Positions 17,138-25,827 of a stretch of DNA of 30,853 bases are shown piece after piece. This DNA is from a virus. Lineage: Duplodnaviria > Caudoviricetes. The DNA lies in IMG/VR virus record IMGVR_UViG_3300036982_000162, positions 1 to 30,853 of that record. One strand, given 5' to 3'. How positions within the stretch are numbered: the stretch's first letter is position 1; every line of letters begins with the position of its first letter. The position numbers and the translations under genes were made by a program. Under the pieces are notes generated by a model, which did no database searches, was not told the DNA's origin, and saw nothing but the letters and a program-made list of their open reading frames with translations.

Positions 17138-17874
17138 GTGTTGCGCTCCTTCAAGGTTTGCTCAATGGCTCTGGCAAGACGCACCCTAAAATTTGACACT
17201 AATCCGACTAAGTCTTCATTTGCAACCTTGTCGCCAATGACCATAATCTCCTCCTCTGTCAGCCCCTGCCATTGGCGCTGTGCTAATGCCGCTTGCCATC
17301 CTTCAAATGCCCAGTACGCAAAGCTGTCTGTCGTAAAGGGATTAGCGTTGTCACGGCGGCGGTCACCATCCCACCATTCGTTGAAACTGGCGCTGGGTTT
17401 GTCCCACGTTACAGGCTCGGCTTGCTGTTGGTGTGAGTTGACATAGCCAAACAATTCCGCAAACTCGCGCAACAGATATGTCCCGTGAGAGCCATCGGCA
17501 AACTTTATATCAGGCGACCCGCCAGCAGTCAGCGACACAACCTCCCCGAGACTTTCGTCTTCGAGACAAATAACTTTGTCGCCGACCTTTGGCATACGCA
17601 TGGACACCGGCTCCTGCACTGGCAGGGGCGGGGTTAAAGTGAAGTTTACAAAATGGTCAGCTAATTCCCGCGCCCGGTGCTTGTCAATTCCTTCGCGCAT
17701 CAAGTTGACAGTAATCACATCCACCCTCGCTTGCTGCTGCTCCTGCACTGGCAGGGGTGGCTGTGCCAAGGCTTCTCTTGCTATAGCTTCTAACTTGAAG
17801 CAAACAGTTTCGGCGTGAGGTTCTGTCAACAAAAGCTGATACATCTTCTTTAATGCTTCGTCTTTATTAGTCAT
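17134..17874 (-). CDS. Modular hypothetical protein with repeated PPLPVQE linker
   Basis: 246 aa; internal 19-bp repeat at 17610-17628 and 17739-17757. Confidence 0.8.
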   Translation of the reverse strand: MTNKDEALKKMYQLLLTEPHAETVCFKLEAIAREALAQPPLPVQEQQQARVDVITVNLMREGIDKHRARELADHFVNFTLTPPLPVQEPVSMRMPKVGDKVICLEDESLGEVVSLTAGGSPDIKFADGSHGTYLLREFAELFGYVNSHQQQAEPVTWDKPSASFNEWWDGDRRRDNANPFTTDSFAYWAFEGWQAALAQRQWQGLTEEEIMVIGDKVANEDLVGLVSNFRVRLARAIEQTLKERNT

Positions 17875-17875
17875 T

Positions 17876-18112
17876 TCATTTCCTCACTCTCTGTTCAAAT
17901 AATCGCAAAACCATTTCACGGAAAAGCAAGCGGTCTTGCCCCTGTCGGTAGGCGTTAAGGACATGGCTGTCTTCCATGTCCCTGATGGCAATCTTTCGAC
18001 CATCCTTAGTTGTCCACATCTCTGTTCGGAAGTTGCGTCGAGCCTCTCGTTCTTCCCATGCTTGTTCAGCAAGAGCAATATCGCCAGCCATTTCGTCGTA
18101 ATAATCACTCAT
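17876..18112 (-). CDS. Hypothetical protein (WTTKDGRKIAIRDMEDSH.LN motif)
   Basis: 78-aa ORF with AAGGAG RBS. Confidence 0.7.
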   Translation of the reverse strand: MSDYYDEMAGDIALAEQAWEEREARRNFRTEMWTTKDGRKIAIRDMEDSHVLNAYRQGQDRLLFREMVLRLFEQRVRK

Positions 18113-18299
18113 CGGTCTTCTCCTTTTTTTGTTTCAGACTTTTCACATAATCCAACAACCGTGCAAGCACCGCTGGCTCTAGCGCCACTACTATGTTTTC
18201 GTGGTGATTAGCCGCCAACCAGATTTGGTAGCCATCGTGGCTGGCGTAGACGCCATCACCTAAATAAATTTGGTCTTTGTTCACTTCACATTCCTTCAT
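18105..18299 (-). CDS. Hypothetical phage protein (YLGDGVYASHDGYQIWL motif)
   Basis: Packed ORF; start may be GTG 18284. Confidence 0.7.
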   Translation of the reverse strand: MKECEVNKDQIYLGDGVYASHDGYQIWLAANHHENIVVALEPAVLARLLDYVKSLKQKKEKTDE

Positions 18300-18594
18300 C
18301 GGCTAAGAACTCGGCAAGAAAAAGATAAAACAGTGGGTAGTCAGGCTCACCCGTCCGAGAGTCAAAATACTCTTTAAATTCATTAGCCGCAGCAACCGCA
18401 AGCACTCGGCATGAATTAGGATTCCACGAATCGTCTGCTGCCATCTCCCGCAGCGCCGTGCTAATCGGGCCGTACTGCAAATGTTCGTCATCCGGGTGGA
18501 TGCGGGTCTCAGAAACAAATATCTGTATCCTCGCCCCACGGGCAGCGGCAAACATCTGACGGCGGTTCGACTCAATGATTTCATCTTGCGTCAT
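18286..18594 (-). CDS. Hypothetical protein
   Basis: 102-aa ATGA-coupled ORF. Confidence 0.65.
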   Translation of the reverse strand: MTQDEIIESNRRQMFAAARGARIQIFVSETRIHPDDEHLQYGPISTALREMAADDSWNPNSCRVLAVAAANEFKEYFDSRTGEPDYPLFYLFLAEFLADEGM

Positions 18595-18884
18595 GCTTGT
18601 TCTCCTTCTGCTTTGGCTATTGCTGCACGGGAGGTTTTTGCGTAGGCGTAAAAATCAACACCCCCTCCAGCACTAGCTATTTCAAGTCCTTCTGTCGCGT
18701 CTTTCAACGCCTCCAGCAACTCTTGATTCACTTTATGCAAGCGGCGTAGTTCGTCGGCGGCAACTAACTCAACAAAAGTCTCCAACTCAGTCTCTGTAAA
18801 CAGCACACCATCATGCCTCCCAAGAAAGAGGGTAGGGTATACAGCACCCACGGAGTCTGCAAGTTCTTTGGTTTTTTCTTTCAT
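18591..18884 (-). CDS. Hypothetical protein (ELLEALK...AAIAKAEG module)
   Basis: 97-aa ATGA-coupled ORF. Confidence 0.7.
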   Translation of the reverse strand: MKEKTKELADSVGAVYPTLFLGRHDGVLFTETELETFVELVAADELRRLHKVNQELLEALKDATEGLEIASAGGGVDFYAYAKTSRAAIAKAEGEQA

Positions 18885-19090
18885 GTCGTTCCCCTTGCTC
18901 TGATTCTTAAAGCACAGTCAAACGGAGTATGGTCTCTTAATTCTTCTTCTTCCTCGCAGATTGCAGCACAAGCCTCACGCTCATGCGCGGCAACAACAAG
19001 AGCGGCAAAGCGTTGACACCATGCATCAAATGGCCCTTGCGTAAGGGGGCCAGCCTCCCGCGCCATGCGGAGGATGTCGTCTGTAGTCAT
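18881..19090 (-). CDS. Hypothetical protein (MAREAG...FAALV.AHEREACA family)
   Basis: Paralogous with the adjacent ORF. Confidence 0.75.
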   Translation of the reverse strand: MTTDDILRMAREAGPLTQGPFDAWCQRFAALVVAAHEREACAAICEEEEELRDHTPFDCALRIRARGTT

Positions 19091-19278
19091 GTGCGCTCCT
19101 GAAGTTCGGTAATAAAATCCTCAAGTTCTTGAATTTTTTCCACGTAAGCCTTACGCTCATGCGCGGCGACAAGGTCAGCGAAGCGTTCAAGATATTTGTA
19201 TTCGCTGAACTCAAAGCGGTGGCCGTCATCGCGGACTCCTGCAACCCGAGCCAGCTTCATGATGTCATCTTTGGTCAT
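19087..19278 (-). CDS. Hypothetical protein, paralogue of 18881..19090
   Basis: MTKDDIMKLARVAG...ERFADLVAAHER. Confidence 0.75.
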   Translation of the reverse strand: MTKDDIMKLARVAGVRDDGHRFEFSEYKYLERFADLVAAHERKAYVEKIQELEDFITELQERT

Positions 19279-19420
19279 TCAATATCTCCCTTTCAAGTGC
19301 CGCCACGCACTTGTCGATTTCATCAAACAGATATGCGGGAATCGTCGTTTTGTTAGTGTGTAAAGCGCTCTCCATTGCCGACAGTAGGCGCAAGAGTTTT
19401 AGCAGTTCTTGCTTGGTCAT
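19265..19420 (-). CDS. Hypothetical protein (51 aa, not in ORF track)
   Basis: MTKQELLKLLRLLSAMESAL...; ATGA-coupled, fills the gap. Confidence 0.6.
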   Translation of the reverse strand: MTKQELLKLLRLLSAMESALHTNKTTIPAYLFDEIDKCVAALEREILNDQR

Positions 19421-19812
19421 ACTTCCTTCCCATCCAGTAGGTTGATCAAATCAAAATACACAATCTCCATGCCTTGGCCTATGTCAACATCTTTAGGGCT
19501 ACCTTGATGTCGCCTAGCGACTCGGACACTGAGCCTCTCTAAGTACGCCTTAATCTGCAAGTTGCTGATTGGTGCAGGCGTTTCAACCTTCTCAGAAATC
19601 TGGCGCGTGGCAAAGACGGGTTGCCAATCAATATTCCATGCTCCTTCGTCAAATTCCTCTGCGTGAGCCATTGCAAACTCATACAGTTCCCTGATCACTC
19701 TTGGAACAATCTTCACAGTCGCCCCTTCGCCATCAACAAACTTAATCCAATCACCATAGACTTCCATGTTAGTGGCAGCGTCAATCTCTGCCCCGTCTGA
19801 GTTAATGTTCAT
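19417..19812 (-). CDS. Hypothetical protein
   Basis: Start moved to ATG 19812 (MNINSDG), coupled to the upstream stop. Confidence 0.6.
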   Translation of the reverse strand: MNINSDGAEIDAATNMEVYGDWIKFVDGEGATVKIVPRVIRELYEFAMAHAEEFDEGAWNIDWQPVFATRQISEKVETPAPISNLQIKAYLERLSVRVARRHQGSPKDVDIGQGMEIVYFDLINLLDGKEV

Positions 19813-19937
19813 ATCATGGCCCAATACATAAGTCCAACCAATGCACCCAGAAAGACAGTCGTCATCAGGAAGAGGATGACGATAGTCACCCAATACATAA
19901 AATTATCAATGTTTCCATAGTCGCCATCGTCATACAT
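19809..19937 (-). CDS. Small membrane protein (42 aa, not in ORF track)
   Basis: MYDDGDYGNIDNFMYWVTIVILFLMTTVFLGALVGLMYWAMI; GGAG RBS. Confidence 0.6.
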   Translation of the reverse strand: MYDDGDYGNIDNFMYWVTIVILFLMTTVFLGALVGLMYWAMI

Positions 19938-20178
19938 GGTATGTCTCCCTTGATTTTTTAACTCGGTCAAACGCACGTATCAGGTTGCGCTTGCGTTCGG
20001 GGTCGGTGATAGGTAATTGTGTCTTGGCAAACAGATTCGCATTGGCCTCGGCTTCCTCAAACGAATGAGGAAGCCACACTGACTCGGGCGTTCTGGCCCG
20101 TGCCTCTATTGCTTGTTGCACCAGCAGGTTGCTGACAAGCACTGCCATAGCCGCTCTCTCGTTCTCAGGAATGCTCAT
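19930..20178 (-). CDS. Hypothetical protein
   Basis: 82-aa ORF, AGGAG RBS. Confidence 0.65.
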   Translation of the reverse strand: MSIPENERAAMAVLVSNLLVQQAIEARARTPESVWLPHSFEEAEANANLFAKTQLPITDPERKRNLIRAFDRVKKSRETYHV

Positions 20179-20353
20179 ATGTTTCTCCTGTTATTTTTTC
20201 AACCACTTCCCACAGTGCGTGTTTCGGAGTGCGTAGTGACGCAGTGAAGGTACCTTCAAAAACATTGTCCTTATCGTAGGAGTCAAACGCTCGTACACGT
20301 TTGTTGTTCCATATGATCTCCCTAATATTCTCAATCCGATGGTCTTCTTTCAT
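20165..20353 (-). CDS. Hypothetical protein
   Basis: Start moved to ATG 20353 (MKEDHRIE), AAGGAG RBS. Confidence 0.6.
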   Translation of the reverse strand: MKEDHRIENIREIIWNNKRVRAFDSYDKDNVFEGTFTASLRTPKHALWEVVEKITGETYEHS

Positions 20354-20544
20354 ACCTGCTCCTTGTGGTTGTTGATGTGTTGCTCTAACCGTTTGATGCG
20401 TGTGTCGTTGTAGCGCACGACACTCACAGCGTAGTCCACCGCTGTTTCTGCTTCCAGCTTGCACAAGTGTGCGACCGCTAACTCTTTGGCAATCATCTCC
20501 AGCGGCGTGGGTCTACGGAAATAGTTCTTAATAAGCGTAACCAT
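20350..20544 (-). CDS. Hypothetical coiled-coil protein
   Basis: 64 aa, RRPTPLEM...EL..A.L..LEA...YN..RIKRL. Confidence 0.7.
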   Translation of the reverse strand: MVTLIKNYFRRPTPLEMIAKELAVAHLCKLEAETAVDYAVSVVRYNDTRIKRLEQHINNHKEQV

Positions 20545-21392
20545 TATTTGCTTTCTCCTTCTGTTTGTTCGTCTAGCTTCAGCACGTAAATCTCTTTGTT
20601 CACCCTACACCCGACATCCGTGACGAACTGTTTCTCGTTCACCAGCTTGAGCAAACCCAGCTTTCCACGGAACTCGACGGGGAGGGTAGTATCGTCGTAA
20701 AGTTGCACATTGTCATTGATTTTGACTAGGTACTTACCCTCGTCCACGACAATAAGTGCAGATTTTTTAGCCCCCATAGCGTCCTTAATCCCTTCGATAG
20801 TAGACAGTTCATTCGATGCAATCGCTAGCATCTCCAAGCTGTTCGCAACGCTTGCGTCATCATTCTTTTTCGCATACTCCAAGAACAAGGCGTACCCCGG
20901 ACCCTTGATCACGTAGTCGATGGCTTTCTGTTTGATCTCCTCCTTGTGCTTGTTTACCACTCTATCTTTGCCGTGCTTCTCTTGACGAACAACAGTGTCG
21001 GCTTCCTCTTCCGATTTCGCTGCTATCTCTAGCACTGATCTGGGCTTGAACGTCTTCTTGACCTTGGCTATCGCCTTCGCTGCGTCTGCGGTTTTGTAGC
21101 TGTTGCCACGTGTTTGGAGCCGGTGGTTATGGATTTCGACACCGTTTAACCCATCGCGTCTGTTGTAACTTCTTTCAATAGAGCCAAGCATTTCCCAACT
21201 CTGATTTATTGTGAATTTGCTTAATATTATTGATCCGGTTTTGGTTCCTTTGAACGTCCACATGGGGTTTTTCAATGCCAGTTCCCATATGACTTCGGCT
21301 AGCGGCGACACTATCTTGTACTCACCGGAAGACCCTTCGTTCTCGGGTGCGTGTACGTTAGGCAAATCCATCGGATTGTTTATTGTGCTCAT
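20544..21392 (-). CDS. Hypothetical protein (282 aa)
   Basis: Long ORF with AAGGAG RBS directly after the DUF3150-like gene. Confidence 0.8.
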   Translation of the reverse strand: MSTINNPMDLPNVHAPENEGSSGEYKIVSPLAEVIWELALKNPMWTFKGTKTGSIILSKFTINQSWEMLGSIERSYNRRDGLNGVEIHNHRLQTRGNSYKTADAAKAIAKVKKTFKPRSVLEIAAKSEEEADTVVRQEKHGKDRVVNKHKEEIKQKAIDYVIKGPGYALFLEYAKKNDDASVANSLEMLAIASNELSTIEGIKDAMGAKKSALIVVDEGKYLVKINDNVQLYDDTTLPVEFRGKLGLLKLVNEKQFVTDVGCRVNKEIYVLKLDEQTEGESK

Positions 21393-21401
21393 GTGTTCTC
21401 C

Positions 21402-22253
21402 TTACCAAGAAAATTTACCCAAGATCGAATCGACCTTGGACTTCAACTCGCTGCGTGAGTCAGCGTCCTCTTTGATGTTCTCCAAGTTAGCCCCTAACAT
21501 TGTTAGCTCTACCTGTCTGCGTGCCTCTTCCAACAGCGGGTCGTTGGTCACGTTGAGCTTAGTCAGCAGTGCACACAACTCCAGTGGGTTGGTCAGCAGC
21601 GAGTCGTGGTATCGCTTCTTGTCTCCGTCGTTACCCTCCTTCAGCTTCTCGGATACACCTAGCAGCACTGAGTGCAGCTTGTCCCACGGTGCACGCATGG
21701 CCTCCTTCAGCCGCTCGTCGAACTTGTCGCGGAACTCAGCTCGCACGTCATCCAAGTCCTCTGCTGGTATGTCCAAGCGAAAGTCGCCGGAGTCGGGCAT
21801 GGGGTTGACTGATCGACGGAACCCGAACTTCTGCTTGACCTCCTCAAGGTCAGGGTAGTCGCCCACCTTGTACAGTGCGCCTAGGTTGGTAGGCGCTTCA
21901 GCTACCAGACGCGGGTACTCAATGAAGAAGTTCTGGCACATCACGATGAACGTCCTCTCAAACCCATTCATCGTCTGCTTGTACTCCATGAACAACTTGG
22001 TCGGCAACATGCGCTCGCCCTTGTCTGCCCACGGCAACGTGTGCAGGTTGTGGTACAGCCGAGCCCGAGCCGCGAACTTCTCGATGTCCTTACGCAAGCC
22101 CGTACCTGCGAACAGGTTCTTCTTGGTCTGCGATGCGTCTCGCACTGCCCCTGCGTTCATATTGGTTAGCTCTGTTGTCTCCCGGTCGATCTTCGACGCA
22201 GGCCACACACTGATGTTCAACTCCACTAACACTGCTGATGCACTAATACTCAT
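21402..22253 (-). CDS. DUF3150-like protein
   Basis: 283 aa; LVELNISVW...K.D, TLPW....R.LP, YP....V..KF, DFR pattern; co-located with AAA and VWA genes. Family assignment from recall. Confidence 0.55.
   Translation of the reverse strand: MSISASAVLVELNISVWPASKIDRETTELTNMNAGAVRDASQTKKNLFAGTGLRKDIEKFAARARLYHNLHTLPWADKGERMLPTKLFMEYKQTMNGFERTFIVMCQNFFIEYPRLVAEAPTNLGALYKVGDYPDLEEVKQKFGFRRSVNPMPDSGDFRLDIPAEDLDDVRAEFRDKFDERLKEAMRAPWDKLHSVLLGVSEKLKEGNDGDKKRYHDSLLTNPLELCALLTKLNVTNDPLLEEARRQVELTMLGANLENIKEDADSRSELKSKVDSILGKFSW
21494..21506. repeat. Dispersed palindrome CTAACATTGTTAG, copy 3 (inside DUF3150-like gene)
   Basis: Exact match with the alternative central base. Confidence 0.95.
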
Positions 22254-22257
22254 TTCG

Positions 22258-22701
22258 TTACTCCTTCAGTTTCAATTGTTTACACAAACTCAACACTTGC
22301 TCTTTCATGTACGCCCACGTGCGGTACGTATCTCGCTCATTCCAAGCACTAAACTTCCCGTTGATCCTAAACATAGTCAATGCCAACCCCGGTGAAAAAT
22401 CTCCACCATGACCAGCATCAAACCCGAACACATGCACCTGCCGCGCATCGTCTACCTCTGAGTGCGTCAGCCCACCATGAACCTCGATGCCGTCCATGTC
22501 GTTGTACCCGACCCCGTAGCAGGGGTGCCCTTTGGGTACCCCCACGTACCCACACAGATGCCCCATGTTTGGGTTCCGCCAGATCGAGCACTCGTATCCC
22601 GTATCTGCATCGACCCACTCCTCAGCCTGCTGGGGCTCTTGCTCCCAAGGTCGGTCAGCTAACAGCAGTTTGATCTGTAGTTCTTTGTCTAGCATCATCA
22701 T
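22258..22701 (-). CDS. Conserved phage protein (GHLCGYV / VHGGLT / GFD..H..D motifs)
   Basis: 147 aa with conserved-looking His/Cys/Asp motifs; function unknown. Confidence 0.75.
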   Translation of the reverse strand: MMMLDKELQIKLLLADRPWEQEPQQAEEWVDADTGYECSIWRNPNMGHLCGYVGVPKGHPCYGVGYNDMDGIEVHGGLTHSEVDDARQVHVFGFDAGHGGDFSPGLALTMFRINGKFSAWNERDTYRTWAYMKEQVLSLCKQLKLKE

Positions 22702-22934
22702 TTCTCCGGTTTACCCGCCAGCTTCGCCAAGCGGTAGTGATCATCGTTGATGATCGTCATGACGATCTCATCGACATGCGTATACACGTGGTACGTGTAG
22801 TCGCTGGTGCCGGTCACCTCGTCCTTGCGGTACTTCTTCTCGTACTTCTCTGCACGCTGCAGTATCTCGGCCATAGCCAGCGCATCCTTGGGGGGTACCG
22901 CATATTTGCCGTAGCCAAACTCAAACACCACCAT
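22698..22934 (-). CDS. Hypothetical protein
   Basis: Start moved to ATG 22934 (MVVFEFG), AAGGAG RBS. Confidence 0.7.
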   Translation of the reverse strand: MVVFEFGYGKYAVPPKDALAMAEILQRAEKYEKKYRKDEVTGTSDYTYHVYTHVDEIVMTIINDDHYRLAKLAGKPEK

Positions 22935-22950
22935 GTCGTTCTCCTTAGTT

Positions 22951-24174
22951 TCAGTCTTTGATATGAATCGTTTTGCCGTTCGGTGCCACCACATCGTTAC
23001 CTCCTACAATGGCCCACATAACAGGGGCAGTCCAGTCGTTACCCCAGTCGTTACCCACATACCCATCAGTGAGGACGATCACGCACTGAGGCACGATCTG
23101 CTCCTTCTTCAGGTAGTCCGACACACAGCTAGGGCTAGTACCCCCACCGCCTCGTGGCTTCGTTGAGCTAACAATGTTAGGCACCTCGGACTCCGTGTAT
23201 GTCTCATGTGCAGCCACTGCGCTGTCCCAATAGATCAAGTCCACAAGCTCGGGGCTTACCTCCTCGGCGATACCCTTAACCTCGGACAGGAACTCGGACA
23301 ACTCCTCTTGCCCAATAGACCCCGATGTATCTATCGCAACCACCAGATGGCCTACCTTCTCACCGATCATCGAGGGCATGTAAACACCTGTGGATAGGAA
23401 CCTACGGTTAACCCTACGCCAGCTACTCGCGTCCTTGCTGTGACACATGGACTTCACGTAGTCACGCAGCACCTCGCGCCAGTTGACCTTGGGCTCAAGC
23501 AACTCCTGCAACTCGCGGTCTAGTCCACCCGCACCCTCGCCCACCTGCTTGTTGTGCGCCATCAACCCCTGCCGTATGGCTTGGTCAATATCCCGTGCCA
23601 ACTCACGCTTCTCCTCGTCGGTCATGCCCTCGGCACCATCCCAGTCGTGCTCGTCGATACCACCCCCACCACCGGGGCCATTACCGGGGCCATTACCGGG
23701 GCGATCACCCTCCTCTTTCTCCTCCTTGAGTATGTCGAACACCTGCTTGCTGTTCATACCCTTGAACCTCACATCGCACATGCCCATCTGCTTGCCCTTG
23801 TGTGGGCCGTCTGTGTACACAGGCATGGTGATCACCGCCCCGCTGGGGTCCAACTCCTTGAGCATCAGGTTGATCACGTGGTCACAGGCAATGTTGGCTA
23901 GCCTGTGGTCTTCGTCGTGCAGCTTCTTCCACGTGGTCATGTGCCGATACATCTTGTGCCCTGCCTCGTGGGCAATCACAAAGCACAACTCAGGGTCGCG
24001 CAGCTTGGTCACGAACTCACGCCCGTAGGTCTCATCCCGTCCGTTAGTACAGGCAGTCGGCGTCTTGTCGTCCACTCGCGTCTTGCCAACCATCATCACG
24101 CCCTGCAACAGGGCAAAGTTCTTGTTGCGCATCAAGGCGATCTTCGCCTTCTGCAATTTACGTTCTGCTTCCAT
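22951..24174 (-). CDS. DUF2201-type metallopeptidase-VWA protein
   Basis: TACTNG, HEAGH (HExxH), NIACDHVIN, Gly-rich linker, MIDAS DTSGS, GGGT, LTDG; ATG 24174 with AAGGAG RBS. Confidence 0.9.
   Translation of the reverse strand: MEAERKLQKAKIALMRNKNFALLQGVMMVGKTRVDDKTPTACTNGRDETYGREFVTKLRDPELCFVIAHEAGHKMYRHMTTWKKLHDEDHRLANIACDHVINLMLKELDPSGAVITMPVYTDGPHKGKQMGMCDVRFKGMNSKQVFDILKEEKEEGDRPGNGPGNGPGGGGGIDEHDWDGAEGMTDEEKRELARDIDQAIRQGLMAHNKQVGEGAGGLDRELQELLEPKVNWREVLRDYVKSMCHSKDASSWRRVNRRFLSTGVYMPSMIGEKVGHLVVAIDTSGSIGQEELSEFLSEVKGIAEEVSPELVDLIYWDSAVAAHETYTESEVPNIVSSTKPRGGGGTSPSCVSDYLKKEQIVPQCVIVLTDGYVGNDWGNDWTAPVMWAIVGGNDVVAPNGKTIHIKD
23168..23180. repeat. Dispersed palindrome CTAACAATGTTAG, copy 4 (inside VWA gene)
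   Basis: Exact match. Confidence 0.95.
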
Positions 24175-24184
24175 GTTTAACTCC

Positions 24185-24592
24185 TTAATAATCCGTTTCA
24201 ATCCGTCTACTCACATTCAGCACATGCTCTGCCCTTGCACTTCGTTCGCATTCAATATCCTCGGTTTCCTCACCTAGCTGAACAAACTCATAGTGCCATT
24301 TTTTACCATCCAAGCGGCCATCGGGTGTTACCAATCGCTGGGCATGAGGCTCGTCTAACAACGCTAGGTACTTCCCCTTGAACGCATTGAACGCCTTCAC
24401 ATCGTCGTAAGAGTCGTACCACTTTGCGTCCTCGCATATCATCTCGTACCCGTAGATACGATTACTATTTATTGCCCCCAAATGACAACGCAACTCGTCG
24501 GGGAAGTTTTCGTCCACGTATAGCTTGAGTAGAGGCAACTCCTCCTTCCTCGTTGTGTAGAACACCGCATGTACATCGCTTCTGTAGCCCAT
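24185..24592 (-). CDS. Hypothetical protein (MGYRSDV...KWY...F.QLGEE..D)
   Basis: 135-aa ORF, AAGGAG RBS. Confidence 0.75.
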   Translation of the reverse strand: MGYRSDVHAVFYTTRKEELPLLKLYVDENFPDELRCHLGAINSNRIYGYEMICEDAKWYDSYDDVKAFNAFKGKYLALLDEPHAQRLVTPDGRLDGKKWHYEFVQLGEETEDIECERSARAEHVLNVSRRIETDY

Positions 24593-24593
24593 A

Positions 24594-24716
24594 TCAACTC
24601 CTTAATAGTTTTATTACCGCTTCGCAAGCACCTCTATCCTCATGCTTGAATATCCATTGATACCCATCCATTACATAGAACCCTAGTACTTGCGTACCTT
24701 GTATGTGGTATCTCAT
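24594..24716 (-). CDS. Small hypothetical protein (40 aa, not in ORF track)
   Basis: MRYHIQGTQVLGFYVMDG...LLRS; ATGA-coupled to the ATPase stop. Confidence 0.5.
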   Translation of the reverse strand: MRYHIQGTQVLGFYVMDGYQWIFKHEDRGACEAVIKLLRS

Positions 24717-25777
24717 AGTAAGTCTTGGTTCTTAGCAACCCACGCTGCGAACGCCTTGCAACTGAACGCAATGCTCTGTTTCGCCGGGGCCTTGGCGATG
24801 TTGATCGCAAACACCGCTTGCCACTCAGGCTGGAACCGCTCCAGATACTGCATGAACGGTGTCATAGTCTCCTTGGTCACACGGGAGATAGCCCCGAACA
24901 CCACGATGGCACATGCACCGGGGCTAGTAGGCACAGGCGCTATGTCGGGCTTGGTCACCGTAGACTCCCACGTTGGTAGCTGGTCGGCAAACTCGATGTA
25001 CGCCTGCATGTCCCGTGCACCTGACTCACCGATAGCGCCAGTGAGCGCAGCGATCACCGCATCCGGGTCGTTTTGTTTTCTAGTCCTAACAATGTTAGAG
25101 GCGGTTTCTAGTGAGCGAGGAGAGACAAAGGCATTCTGGTTGCGCTTAGGGTTGTAGATGTACGGGTTGTCGTTCTGCCCTCCGTCCGTGTAGGATGCCA
25201 GCACCTGAGGGAACCGACTCACCCATGCGATCACCTCGGCCTCGATGTTCCTACCGATAGCCCACTCGATCCATTGGTCGGCATCGGGTTTGCTGATGGT
25301 CACGGGCACCAAGCGGTTACGGCTATGTGCCTTCAGGTTGTCGCCCACCCCGTCGGTCGTCAGGTTGCCCGTCAGGAACACGATGCAGTTCTTGTTCAAG
25401 CTGATATCACCCAAGCGTGGATTGGCTTTCTCCAGCATGGGGTGCAGCATGTTCTTAACCGGGTCGGCACCCTTGGTGAACTCGTCGAGCATCACCACCA
25501 CAGGCTTGCCCTCGTGCACACCGAACCGTGCGTTCGGGTAATACCGTGTAGTCTTACTCTCGTGATCGATTACCGGCATTGCGATGTCGCCAAGGTCCAT
25601 GTTCGGCACATCTATGTATGCATGAGCAAAACCCATGCGTGCAGCGATCATCTCCAGCAGAGAGGACTTACCGATACCGGGCTCGCCCTGCAAGAGGAAG
25701 CGGGTTTCGGGGTTGCTGCAAATCAAATTCGCAGCTTGCTTGAGCGTGATGCTCCTACCAAATGAAACTTCAGCCAT
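24713..25777 (-). CDS. MoxR/AAA_5-like AAA+ ATPase
   Basis: Walker A GEPGIGKS, Walker B VVMLDEF, sensor TGN, Arg finger RNRL, SPRS sensor II. Confidence 0.9.
   Translation of the reverse strand: MAEVSFGRSITLKQAANLICSNPETRFLLQGEPGIGKSSLLEMIAARMGFAHAYIDVPNMDLGDIAMPVIDHESKTTRYYPNARFGVHEGKPVVVMLDEFTKGADPVKNMLHPMLEKANPRLGDISLNKNCIVFLTGNLTTDGVGDNLKAHSRNRLVPVTISKPDADQWIEWAIGRNIEAEVIAWVSRFPQVLASYTDGGQNDNPYIYNPKRNQNAFVSPRSLETASNIVRTRKQNDPDAVIAALTGAIGESGARDMQAYIEFADQLPTWESTVTKPDIAPVPTSPGACAIVVFGAISRVTKETMTPFMQYLERFQPEWQAVFAINIAKAPAKQSIAFSCKAFAAWVAKNQDLL
25086..25098. repeat. Dispersed palindrome CTAACAATGTTAG, copy 5 (inside AAA gene)
   Basis: Exact match. Confidence 0.95.
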
Positions 25778-25827
25778 TTCTAACTCCTTCTAATCCGGGC
25801 AAAATCGCCCTCTTCTAACTAGACTAC

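Larger units (their letters stand above)
16464..17152. repeat. 19-bp direct repeat TCATGTGTTGCGCTCCTTC (16464-16482, 17134-17152) flanking three ORFs
   Basis: Exact copies; the minus strand reads RBS + ATGA. Confidence 0.9.

Noticed and set aside
15000-21400. Diversity-generating retroelement as the source of variability
   Set aside because: No reverse transcriptase and no template/variable repeat pair with adenine-specific differences seen.
23670-23701. 12-bp tandem repeat ACCGGGGCCATT
   Set aside because: Encodes the ordinary GNGP low-complexity linker of the peptidase-VWA protein.
11735-24602. Identical 13-mer CATATCAACTCCT at 11735 and 24590
   Set aside because: Mostly RBS + stop + start sequence, 13 kb apart; explained by shared initiation signals.
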